Assembly: GCA_002269645.1 (NCBI GenBank)
Contig: NIVC01000581.1
Location: 248,001 to 312,000, forward strand
Origin: Macrostomum lignano
Lineage: Eukaryota
Length of the DNA: 64,000 nt
Direction: 5' to 3'
The notes beneath the pieces were generated by a model. The model did no database searches, was not told the DNA's origin, and saw nothing but the letters and a program-made list of their open reading frames with translations. Position 1 is the first letter of the stretch; each line of letters opens with the position of its first letter. Positions 35,106 to 46,538 of this stretch are shown in pieces. The position numbers were made by a program, and so were the translations under genes.

Positions 35106-36010
35106 TTAAAAAATTCCAGATCCCGCTTTTGGTCTCATTTCAAGATATAAGCCGCTTCCGTCGTGCTTTTCAATTATGTTAAAATCTTTTCCTAATTTAT
35201 TAAAAATCTTCTGAACAGCTGGCCTAAAATTGGCTCCGATATTATCAAAAAATCCTTTAGCTTTTTTGCCGGTTTTTTCCAAAGTTTGTCCGAATTCGTG
35301 TAATTTATCTGCTACAACCCCGCTTCCGTGGGTCGTTCCTTGTAAGATTAAACCCTTTCCAGCCGCTAATTTAGCTTCTGCATTTCTTTTTTGTTCTGCT
35401 GTTGCCGAACTACTATTAATAGTATCAATCAGTTTTTGTTTAAATTGAGCATCCTGAGTTATTTGCTGTCTTTGGAATTCAGCCTCTCGTTTGGCTTTTT
35501 CATCCGCAGCTTTTTTGTCGTTTACTGCTTTTGCAATTCCAGCCGCCCCACCTGCTACTCCACCAGCTGCTCCGATTCCTGCAAAAATTATTGGGAGCAA
35601 AGTTGCAAGCGGAAGTATACCCCCCTGTTTTGCTTTTAATTCTCCTAGCTGTTTTCGATTATCATGAATTCTTTTGGCTGCTAAACCAGTTGCTCCAGCT
35701 GCTCCCAGTCCTAAAAGAATTGGTAGAATGGGCAATAATCCACCGTCCTTTTTAGTATGAGTCTCCAATAAAAATTTCACATCGGATTCCGTTAACCTAT
35801 AGTTTTTATTGTTATGCTTAAATGAAATTGGCCTTCCTTCTTGTGCATATTTTGCAGCGAGTTTAAAAGTATCGATATTATAATCTAATTTTTTACCTAA
35901 ACGATCTAATCTTTTTAACATTGAATGACTCTGTTTATTATCATCCAAGTTTAAGGTGTCTACTATTTCTCCTATAAAATATAGGCGCCCTTCATCATTA
36001 ACTGCGTTAT
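35106..36010 (-). CDS. Adenovirus pX-like / membrane-active virion core protein; original ATG apparently lost
   Basis: Two GG-[LI]LP hydrophobic Gly/Ala-rich segments (GGLLPILPILLGLGAAGA; GGILPLATLLPIIFAGIGAAG) resembling the pX C-terminus; frame open back to TATAAAAAT-AAC (one G short of ATG). Confidence 0.6.
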
Positions 36011-36020
36011 TTTTATATTA

Positions 36021-36422
36021 CTAAAACTTCTTTAATCCTTTTCCACCTTTAATGGTAGTTAGCATTTTATTAAAATCTTGGATATCTTTATTACTTATTG
36101 GGTTGGTTTTAGTGGGTGTTTCAGTAGGTTGTGCGGCTTCTTGTGCTAATTTTAAATCTTTTATTGCTTTTATTTGTGAGAGGGTGTCGTTAAATTCTCT
36201 CCATTTTTTAAGTTCCTCCGCTGCCCTAGCCGCTTCTATTCCGCCCTTTACCGCATTTGTTATAGAGCCTGCAGCCGAGCCCGCTTGTCCTATCAAGCCC
36301 ATATTATCTTTAACCAAATTTGCTGCTGATCCTATCACATCAAAAAGACCCTCACCTCGGTATTCAACTGGGTCTCCTACTTGCAATTCATTTAGATTGG
36401 ATAGTTGGGTAATGTGTGTCAT
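36021..36422 (-). CDS. Polinton hypothetical (possible core) protein, 133 aa
   Basis: AAAAATG start next to the TIR; GEGL and GKGL motifs; amphipathic Gly/Ala segment. Confidence 0.6.
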   Translation of the reverse strand: MTHITQLSNLNELQVGDPVEYRGEGLFDVIGSAANLVKDNMGLIGQAGSAAGSITNAVKGGIEAARAAEELKKWREFNDTLSQIKAIKDLKLAQEAAQPTETPTKTNPISNKDIQDFNKMLTTIKGGKGLKKF

Positions 36423-36430
36423 TTTTGTCT

Positions 36431-36769
36431 ATTTTTAGTAACAGAAAAAGACCCTTCGCGCCTACGGCGCGGGCGACGGGTTTGTGTGTGTTTGTGTGTG
36501 TTTGGATGCTTTTTGAATACGATACAAAATTGCCAGCAAACTAAAGCGAACGACGAGAGCGAATTCTCAGTATTCAAAGAGAATTGATCATTATCAAGTT
36601 GAAATGAAGTGTGTTTGAGCGGAATGAAGCGAGGATGAGCGGAGCGAGTTGAGCGGAGTGAAGACGAGCGATAATGGAGTGAAAAACGATTCATTTCAAC
36701 TTGATAATGATCAATTCTCTTTGAATACTGAGAACGGTTTGCTGGCAATTTTGTATCGTATCTACTACT
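36431..36769 (-). repeat. Right terminal inverted repeat (339 bp)
   Basis: Reverse complement of 19332-19670. Confidence 0.95.
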
Positions 36770-36775
36770 CGCAAC

Positions 36776-37244
36776 TTTGCCACCGCTCCGCTGTTCTCGG
36801 CCTTGCTGATCTGCTGGACCGCGAATGAGTTGTTTGGTTCTGCGTGGCTGCCTCCCATGATGGCCTGGGCCTCCAGCAGTCCAGTTTCCAGTCGCTCCGC
36901 CAACGGCCAGCTGTCGCCAAGGTCAGCTCCGACTCCATAAGCAGTTTGCTACCGGATGTGGTGGCTGAGCACTTTCTGAGTGATTACTGAGCCAATCGGC
37001 CCTGCCTTAGCATCTTCTGTGCTGCTCATGACTTGGCAAATTTTAGAGTTCGCGCCTGTGCTGAGTCACACTCGCCCAAACAATGGATTTTTCCTCGCGC
37101 GCTTGCGGCGCAAAATGTAGTAAGAGAGAGAGACAAGTTCAGTCTAAGAAAAACGCTCAAACCCTCACACGAAGGATGGCGAGACTTCTATATTTATACG
37201 AGAACGCATGCAAGTATAGAATCAAGTGCGCATGCACTCGTACA
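36776..37244 (-). mobile_element. 5' part of the gypsy-like remnant: gag segment plus candidate short LTR (37116-37244)
   Basis: Frame ...GAVAKLR runs across the Polinton TSD into EAPKP...CGNCGS; TGTA...TACA segment contains TATAAATA. Confidence 0.45.
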
Positions 37245-38170
37245 TCGCATTCCCTTTCCCCCAATTACTGACCAGCAGTACCAGCTTAGCAAGTACGCTC
37301 AACTTTACAACAGAGCAGATTCGAACTTTTATAGAGATTTTACGATTTAAATCACATTCGTCTACTTGTCTCAGTAGTCTAAAGTGAATTTTTCACACTT
37401 CCTGACCAGTAGTCCCAAGAATTATGGTAAACATACGAGATTATAGCAAATCTGCTATGAGATTGTTGTTGAGCTTCTAAGGGATTATTAGTTGAGATTT
37501 TAGTATATAGGATGTCATTGAAAAATAGTGGGGTGAAAAGCTGCTTTTATTTGAAAATTTTTACTTTTTTTGTTGATTGCTACTCTTCAAATAGGCGCTG
37601 CAATCGAGGCCCTTCCGCTCCTACTGCATTCCGCACTGTGAGAAGTAGCTGAATAAAATATCTGTAGCGTTTCGGTAATCTTGACTCATTTCCAGTACAG
37701 CGTACGGCGCAGATAAGCACAGGGAACAATAGAGAGAGACTCAGTTTGGTTCAATTGTGGGGCACAAATGCAGGCAAGATCGAGTACAGCGAGTGTGAGA
37801 CCCCAGCTTCAGGCTGCTTTTCAGCCGCTCATGGCAGCGCCATATGGAAAAGGGTAATTCAATATCCAACTCGGGGGCATGGGGCTCTGGTGGCTTTGAG
37901 AAAAAGAAAAACATTCTTTTCCATCTATCTACAGCTTCGCAAATTACGAGCAAAGCGAATGGCCATTGTGCTCACTGCACTGAGCTCCGCGCTGCGAAAT
38001 AACTACGCTCGTACCTGAGCAAAATAGTTGTAAACTTACAGCGCTCATATATCCACGTCTTGCCTGGCCCAAACCTGAGTCTGCGCCAACTGAGCTCAAC
38101 TCAGTCTGCTCCATTCCTGCTGTCTCTGCGCCCAATGTTTTAATTTTCATCTTTACTGCACGGCCCCGTC

Positions 38171-41100
38171 ATGCAGCCCAGATCGCCCAGATCGCTTGTT
38201 AATTTGGTTTTGCTGCTCCTTTTGGCCGCACTGATTTATGCAGTAAGCACCCGCTTCATGGCACCGACGGCACTGAGTCAACAACAACAGTTGAAGCCAA
38301 CAAAAAACCGAGCCAACGATGTACCGAGTCAACAGCAGCAACAGTTGAAGGCGAATCCAACCGAAAAAACTGTCGTGGCGTCGTTTTATCGGAAATGCGG
38401 CTATGCTGCAGTTCACCGCCAGGAGCAGGTGAGACGATCTGTGCGGGCTGTTCCAGCTGCTACGCAGGTTTTTTTTACCCCAATTAGTACCCCACACTAA
38501 TGGGTGCGCGTCTTGTTTGTCATAGAGGAAATGGCACCCTCAGTTTTCCTTCCCCCGGAGCGATAATGGAACAGTGGGATAGTGGGGTGCCCTGGTCCCC
38601 ACGCAGTTCTTCTTCTGTCTAAAATCTCATCAAGCGCACATATGGTTATACTGACTGCTCAGTACAAATGAAATATATATATATGGTTGATGAATTAGGA
38701 AAACTGATGAATGTGTAGCGAAAAATAATTCAATCAGCATACCATGCAGAAAGCTAATAAGCCAGGAAACAGTCACTTCTGCACAGCATTTGGTTGTAGC
38801 AACAGGGCCTCAAGTTCGTCAGCAATCTCATTTCACTCCTTCTTGAAGGACAATGATTTTAAGAAAAAATGAATAGCTGCTCTCCACCGCGAAGATTTCA
38901 AACCTTCAAAGCATTCCAAGGTGTGCTCTGAGCACTTTTCTCCAGAGTGTTTTGTGCAACCTGTAGAAGGATTTCGGCCATTGGAACGGAAGCGACTCTA
39001 TCCGGAAGCAGTGCCCTCTATTTTCCCGGCTTTCCGAGTCATTTGAGTAGCACTCCTGCGAAGACGATAAAGACAATGACTTCGGCTGCTGCTGGCCAAA
39101 TCGACTTCTCAAGCTTCATCAAGGATGCCGAGGAAAATGCGCCCTCACAGCTGGCTGAAGAGGAAAGTGCGACGGCTCAATCTGAGGCCGCACCCGCTGA
39201 TGACTGCCACCAAAACTGTGCCAGTAAGGAGCTGTTTAATAAGAAAGTGAAGGCTTTGAGAAATCTTCGGCGCCGGTACAGGAGGCTTACACAGGCAAGT
39301 GACGATTCTAAAGTAATGACCCGTTCTTTGCAACTTGCGCGTGAGCAACTGGAGAGAAAATATAGAAGCATTTGCCGTCTGCGGTCCAAGAATTCGCGCT
39401 TAAAAAGTAAGGCGAAATCACTGCTTCAGCTGATCACGTCGCTAAAGGGACAAAATGTCCTTTCTGCAGCTGAGGCTTCGCGACTGAACTTTCTGGCATG
39501 CAACTCTCTTCTTAATAGCTTGCTGTCCCAGAAGAATCCGCGCTCAAAGAAATTCTCTCCTGAAGTAAAGAAGTTTGCCTCGACATTGCACTTTTACAGT
39601 GCAAAGGCGTACCAGTATGTCCGTAAATGCTTTTAACTTCCTCATCCTGCTACACTTCGCCGATGAACATCAAATGTCAAATGTCTTGCCGGATTTTGCG
39701 AATCATCCTTCCAAGAGCTTTCAAGACGACGCAACTCGCCTGGTGCAGAAGCTTTTGCCTACTGTAATGTGGTGGCAGATGAAATGTCACTTGAGAAGCT
39801 GATCGAATGGGATTCCTGTGAAGGCAAATTCTTTGGCTACGTGGACAAGGGCGACGGAGCAGTGACTGATAAGGAGGCCACCTCTTCGCTTGTAATTATA
39901 GCCGTTGGACTCAAAAGCAACTGGAAGCTGCCTCTTGGTTACTTCTTAGTCAATGGCGTCAAGAGTGACTTTCTGTCCAATGTAATTGAAGAGGCCATTG
40001 CACGCTTGTATCAGATTGGCATCATTGCGGCATCGTTCACGTGTGACGGAACGCAGCATAATATCAGAGCAATGGAAATCTTTGGCGCTAGTCTTGGTGC
40101 AATTGATGAAATCAGGGCCTCGTTCCAGCACCCGTGCGACCAGACGATCTCTGTTGCAACTTTTCTGGATGCGGCTCACATGCTCAAGCTGCTGCGCAAC
40201 CAGTGGCAAGCACTTGGAAGGATTGTGTGGCCAGGTAGAGGTAGAATTGAATGGCAGTATATACGTGAGCCTTCTACGGGAAGTTCAAGAGCGCCACGGC
40301 CTGGGCAATAAGCTGAGCAGGTTTCACATTAATTTTAGCAATCTAAAAATGAAGGTCTATCTCGCCGCACAGCTCTTCAGCGAGTCTGTTGCCGACTCAC
40401 TGCGCTGGGTCCATCAACAGCAATTCCCTGGATTCGAGCATCCTGATGTACTTATAACCGCAGACTTTGTCGAACGCATCAACGATCTGTTCGATGCATT
40501 CAATTCAAAACAGCTTGTGAACTACAAATCGAAAATGGGCCTGAGAGCTGACAATGAGCAAAAGTGGCAGACCTTCTTCGATGACTGCATCAGTATGCTT
40601 GCGAGCCTGGAGACAGTCAGCAGTCAGAAAATCATTTCCACTCTAAAGAAAACTGGCTTTCTCGGCTTCATCAGCAACAGCCATGCAGTGATTTCACTCG
40701 CTCAGTTTCTCTTTTCAACTAGTGACTTTTTTCCTGTTGAAATACAAGTTGTCCTAAGATTTTCTCGAATTGTTTTTAACGCCATTCGGCTTCGCAACGG
40801 ATGGAATCACAACCCGACTCCCAGACAATTCCGATTTGCTTTTCGCCAGCTGCTGGTCCACGCAGGCACTGGAATCATTCCATCGGCAGGTGCCAACGTC
40901 AGACAGCAGGATGAGACTGTACAACTGTCTCTACTTTGTTTGCAGTCATCAGCGGATTCCAGTTCTCAACTTCTATGGAGTCCTATGCCTGTGCTGAACT
41001 CAGTTGGAAAGCGTGTGGATTCGATTCAGCACTGCAGCTCCTTGTCAACTTGCGAGATGTGCCAGTCCGTTGTGCACTATATAGGAGGAGCTGTGGTTCG

Positions 41101-44100
41101 CAGTGTGCTGAAGATCATGGACTGTGCACCGTGTCGCTGCGCCCTGCTTGGCAGCTCAAGCTTATCTGATTCCGGTGATTCGCGTCCTTCCGTCCTCCCT
41201 CGCCCTGCAAAAGAATTCAACGAATAGCGAAGGCCGCGGAGGACTTGTGTTTCCCAGCGCTGATGCATTCCGAATGTTTCTGCATGCAGAGTATGTTATC
41301 CGGCGATCCTCCTATGACTGCAGCTTTCGGAGCGCACTCGCCATCCAGGAGATTCTGCGGCTGCCAGCCAATCTATTTCGGTGATCTGGATTCTCATTCA
41401 GTTGTCTCCAGCATCGGCATTGAATCCCACAAGCTGCACCTCATTCGAGTTCTCAGCCAGTTTTTCATCAACGTGCGCATGAAGAAGGTAGCCAAGGATC
41501 TCTCCACTGCCAAGTCTGGAAGGAGGCAGAAACTGCTGAGAACAGCTATTTTTCTTAACTTGTATTGCGTGCTAAAATTTCCTTGCTGTTGGACTTGAGC
41601 AAACATCCGCTTGAAAACCCAATATATGCTAATTTTTTTGAGAACATGTATCATATAAATCCTATAGAGTGCACATGAATAAAATTAGCCAGGCACTATA
41701 GGGTGCTTAATGCTTACATAAGGGCAGCGCCAGTGGGGAAATCCTCAACTTTAGTTCCATTATCGATCGCGGAGGGGGGTTTCCCGGGGGACCATTTTTT
41801 CTACACTAAAACTGACACGCCCCTCTCTCCCCTGTGCGCAGTCAGGGAGCGCAGCGAGCCAATAGGATTCCCTGACACAACTCATTTTTCAACGGTATAA
41901 TAAATAACAGGGCCTTTGTCAATGCGTTACTGCAGCGCGATTCGACTGGCTCGAAATTTCATAATCTAACTGCCACAATAAGCAAGCATCAGTAGGTAAA
42001 TTTAAACCTTGATTCATTTTGATTAAATTCTTGGACTCGGCCAGAATCACATTTTTTATGAGTTCAATTATTAGAAATTCCATGGGTATTACTACTCCAA
42101 AATGGGTTACTACTCAGAGGCTTGATACCCCGATTCGGATACCGATAAACAGTGAAAAACATTGCTGCGAAGCCAACAGTTAAATCCCATTGATTGAGTT
42201 ATTTTTTTGCTGTGAGTTTTATCTCGCTTTAAGTCGAAAATACTAAAGTTAACTCAGGATTGCGACCCTGGCCACGCCACAGACAATTTGCCTGCAAATC
42301 CCATTGTCAAAGACCCCTTATCTCGACATTATGGACAACTGCCTGTGTATCTGAATGTGCACTGCTATGCCGACAACTGCCTGAGTATCTGAATGTGCAC
42401 TGCTATGCCGACAACTGCCTGAGTATCTGAATGTGCACTGCTATGCCGACAACTGCCTGAGTATCTGAATGTGCACTGCTATGCCGACAACTGCCTGAGT
42501 ATCTGAATGTGCACTGCTATGCCGACAACTGCCTGTGTATCTGAATGTGCACGGCTATGTTGAAAATCAGTACACATGCGCCGGGACAAGTGAAAAAAGC
42601 CTGTTGAATCACGACTCATGTTTTCAAGCTGAATGTGAACACTAAATGGAGCTTCATTTACAGACTGAGCGAGGGGAGATGGGGAGACATGGGACATATG
42701 GGAGGAAGCAGAGATTCATGTAAGGAACGTAATGTAAGATGAACAGATAATGGAGGAGAAATAAAAGAGAAAGATCTCGCAATGCTAATCAGTTTACGAA
42801 AGTTTACCAAAAGTTTACGCTGATCAGTTACAGGGAAAGCCTTCAAAATCGCTCTTAAAGAGAAAACCAATTCTACCAATTCTACTCCAGGTGCAAAAAA
42901 TCTGCCAGCGCGAGCAAACACCGCAGCTGCCCGTCTGCTTAGCCATCAGAGTCGAGCACTTGGACCAGCGCGACTTTCGCCAGGCTGCTTTGGCGCTGCC
43001 GTCCGGCTCCAAGCTGCGGATCTTCGTCCACCCCATCAAGGATGCGATCTCAAACTTCATCGTGAACTCCGGTGGCTGGGACCCCCGCGGGGTGAACAAA
43101 ATCCTGCGGGCTCTGGCCGCGCTGCCCAGCGCTGCTTTTGTTGACATCGGCTGCAATCTGGGCGTCTTCAGCCTACGGGCAGCGCATCTCGGACGGCCGG
43201 TGGTGTCCATCGATGCTAATTACGAGGTATGGGCTTTTTAACAGCTCTCCAAGCAGTTCTCCTTGTGCAAACCAAAAAACACGGGAACCTTGAGAGTACC
43301 AATTGGTTTCTAACGGGTTCGGAATCTGGCCGAAAGAAGTAAAAGTCGATTATTTCTGGCTCAAGCACCTGCACGTCGCTTTTATTGTAGGAATTGTTCA
43401 GGAATGGACTTTTTAGCCTTGTTTAAAAGAGCTTTGTTTCTGAAAGGGATTTGAAAAAAAACTTAGAAATTTGATAGGAGAGCGCTTTTACTTAACTGTG
43501 GAAATCCCATGGGCATGAGAATGAGAGGGGAGATGAGAAAGAAAGAAGAAATGGGAGAGGAGATGAGAGAGAGGTGAAAGAGGAGAGAGGAGAGGTGAGA
43601 GGGGAGAGGGGAGAGAGGAGAGAGGGGAGGGGAGAGAGGGTAGGCGAGAGAGGAGAAAGGGACAGATAGGAGATGAGACGGAGATGAGAGGTGAGAGCGG
43701 GAGATGAGAGAGATGAGAGGTAAGAGATGAGGTGAGGGAGAGAGAAGAAATGAGAGAGGTGCGAGGGTATCAGCTGTCAAGCTGTCGAGAGGCGAGTTGC
43801 CGCAGACTTTCAAGCCCGCTGGATGTGTGGTTCGCATGTAATAGAAAAATTAGGAGCTAATCTTTGACCATCTTCTCAGTACCTCTTAGTCCCACTAAAT
43901 ATGATCGGCGTGTACAATGTAATGCAATCCGGCACAATGTGCAAAATGTGATCCGGCCCCTCAATAATGCAGAATGTGACCCGGCCCCTCAATCTCGCAG
44001 AATGTCAGCCGGCCACTCAATCTTGCAGAATGTGATCCGGCCCCTCAATCTTGCAGAATGTGATCCGGCCCCTCAATCTTGCAGAATGTGACCCGGCCCC

Positions 44101-44706
44101 CTCAATCTTGCAGAATGTGACCCGGCCCCTCAATCTTGCAGAATGTGACCCGGCCCCTCAATCTTGCAGAATGTGATCCGGCTCCGTAAGTCAATTCTGG
44201 CCAACGGCCTGCACCGACAGTCGGAAATCTACTGGAACGCGTTGTCCACCGAGCCAGGCACGCTGAAGATGCGCCTTCCGGGTGACTGCAATGTCGGTGG
44301 AGGGATGCCGATGCGCGACCAGCAGCAGTCGGAGTGGCTGAAGGACCCCATTGAGGTGCGCACAGTCGGTCTCGACAGCATCCTGTTGGGCAGCCAAGTG
44401 CTCAAGGATACGGATGAACTGGTCATCAAAATCGATATTGAGGGTTACGAATGGGTTGCCATGACAACGGCGGAGCAGGCGTTCAGGCGGTTTAAAGTGG
44501 CCGCCGTGCTGATGGAGTGGCGTGGCACGCAGATTTTTCATCCAAATAAGGCCGCCGTTCTGCTGGAGTTTTTAAAGGCTCGGAATTTTTCCGCCATCAG
44601 CCTCGACAAGCCGCCCGCTCTGTTGAATTCGAGCGCCCACAGCAGCTGGCCACCGGACGTGATCTGGGTCAGAAGGGATTATTGGAAACTAGCGAACATT
44701 CTGTGA
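38171..44706 (+). CDS. FkbM-family SAM methyltransferase with N-terminal signal/TM anchor. Exons 38171-38428, 42891-43226, 44170-44706 (~376 aa).
   Basis: FVDIGCNLG, VVSIDAN, IKIDIEGYE motifs; all junctions GT-AG and phase 0. Confidence 0.85.
38520..41815 (+). mobile_element. Decayed P-element-family (THAP9-like) DNA transposon in FkbM intron 1
   Basis: THAP domain from ATG 38744 (CTAFGC...*...VCSEHF...AVPSIF; W codon now TGA at 38870); DEMSL, CDG, DAAHMLKLLRN, KMKVYLAAQLFS, NHNPT; imperfect TIR-like ends; no TSD. Confidence 0.85.
42339..42560. repeat. 38-bp minisatellite x~5.5
   Basis: Direct reading. Confidence 0.9.
43500..43760. repeat. GA-rich low-complexity tract
   Basis: Direct reading. 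Confidence 0.85.
43935..44180. repeat. 28-29-bp minisatellite built from the exon 3 splice acceptor
   Basis: Unit CCTCAATCTTGCAG|AATGTGATCCGGCC. Confidence 0.9.
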
Positions 44707-46538
44707 GCTGTAGTGTGAAGCTACATGAACTTGAAGGCTACTAGGATTTTGAAGAGCAACTGCAGAACAGCCTTGGCGATACATGTACTGTATTTGAAGA
44801 CCTCCCTCTGAAAGCATGTGCAGCAGAAAGAATCGAAGACACGTGAATCAATGTGTTTTATGCCTGTAATCATTACACTTTGGACTCGTTGCTGTTGTTC
44901 GAATCGAAAGTCGGTAGCAGTGCAGCTGCACTCGTTCGTGCCTTTTCACTCTAGGCTCGTGTGGTATACTATATAGACATTCGAGTAAGTGCTCATATTG
45001 AGCAATAAACTCATGCTGAAAAATATACAGAAACAAGTTGTTCCCAGTTAAAGTGAAAAACCAGGAAGTTCACATTTTATTTTGATTCCGATTTTTCGTT
45101 GATTCAGTGGCGGTTTTCGCGCCCAAACCGCAGGATTTTTCAGGTTTTAAATCTGCATCTGGAGGCAGAAGCAGTTGATCCACTTTGCCATGTGCCATCC
45201 AGCATGCAAGACAATCCAAAATACAAGACAGGCTACTCAATGCTGATCATTTTGCTACTGTGGGCCGTTTGCACAAACAGCACAGTAAATAATTTAGCAG
45301 TTATGTATTTAAAAATTTTGTAGATTGTTCACCTTACGGTTGTTAATTTGGGCGTCACGGCGCCAGCAGTCGGCAGCGGCGGTAGTAAAATATCGATGCC
45401 GATGGCAGTGGGTGCGACAAAAGGGCAGTAGCGAGTGCGGGTGCCGAAAAGATGCAGTATGGGACTACTAGGGAACAGGCTAAACTACTGATAGTAATAC
45501 AGCATTTGCAAGCAATTGAACCGGGAAAATCAAGCTGACCCGAAGAAAACGGTATCGAGGCCAATAAGCGTTCCAGATTCCCTTGAATCGCCCTAGAGCC
45601 GTTGCAGGTTGCAGGAAAGAAGTGACTCCAGACGACTCTTAAACGAGATGTCACGGTAAAACTGCCATCCAGAGTCGCTCAAGAATCAAGTTGAATCCCT
45701 GGATTTTGTCCCAATAAAGTCTTTCTTTAACGGTTGAGACTTGCACTTCATAGCCTATGGTCTATAGAGCAACCAGCTTTGGAATCCGTAGTAGTGCGAG
45801 CTCACACCATCAACAAACAGCAACAACTGGTTGAATTAGACCAACCGTGATGAAGAGGCGTGCCTGCCATCTAATTATGCAAGTGCTGTGAAAGCAAATG
45901 ACAGGCGATAGAGTGCAGCCGATTAGATGCTACCCTAAAGTCTCAAATCCGTTCGTCCATAGAGCCTTCTTTGGATCGTAGGACACTAGGCCACTAGGAT
46001 TTTATCGCTAATAGGCTCAATGGGCTTGCACACTGCTGTAGTAAGAGGACACAGGAGGTTTTAATAATGGCCCTACCAGCGGCACTGACAACACCCGCCA
46101 TGCCGGACTGAAAAGCAGCATCTTTGTACAGAGAACAGCATAAGAAAGCATGCACGGCAGAGCAATTGAGAATTGGTTAGTATTCATGGACGGCTTCAAA
46201 GCGGAATACCTCAATGTATGAGGAGGAACATAGGGAACAGCAAATGTCAACATGCCTACTCGACACAGTAGCACAGTGCTTTAGTCACAGCTAGACAGTC
46301 AGTTGGACAGAGTTGTATTACATCAGCTAAGTGATAAACAGCAGCCAACTAAGGCCAAATGGTGTGTAGCATTAAAAGTCAGAAGTTCACGCGTCAGTCA
46401 AGGTCAGTCAGAGTCAAGTTGTGACATACAAAAATTGGCGATTAAACAGGCTACAGTTTAATCGGAGATCTACAGTTTCGAGAGGAAATGTACAGAGGAA
46501 AGGGGCATTGAGTTACTAGCTGGGGCCGGGAGCACAGG

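Larger units (their letters stand above)
19332..36769. mobile_element. Full-length Polinton/Maverick (adintovirus-like endogenous virus), 17,438 bp
   Basis: AGTAGTAG...CTACTACT ends; 6-bp TSD CGCAAC (19326-19331, 36770-36775); 339-bp TIRs; hallmark genes; sharply AT-rich relative to the flanks. Confidence 0.98.

Noticed and set aside
45340-46300. Decayed transposon coding fragment
   Set aside because: Coding-like composition, but multiple stops and no motif I could identify
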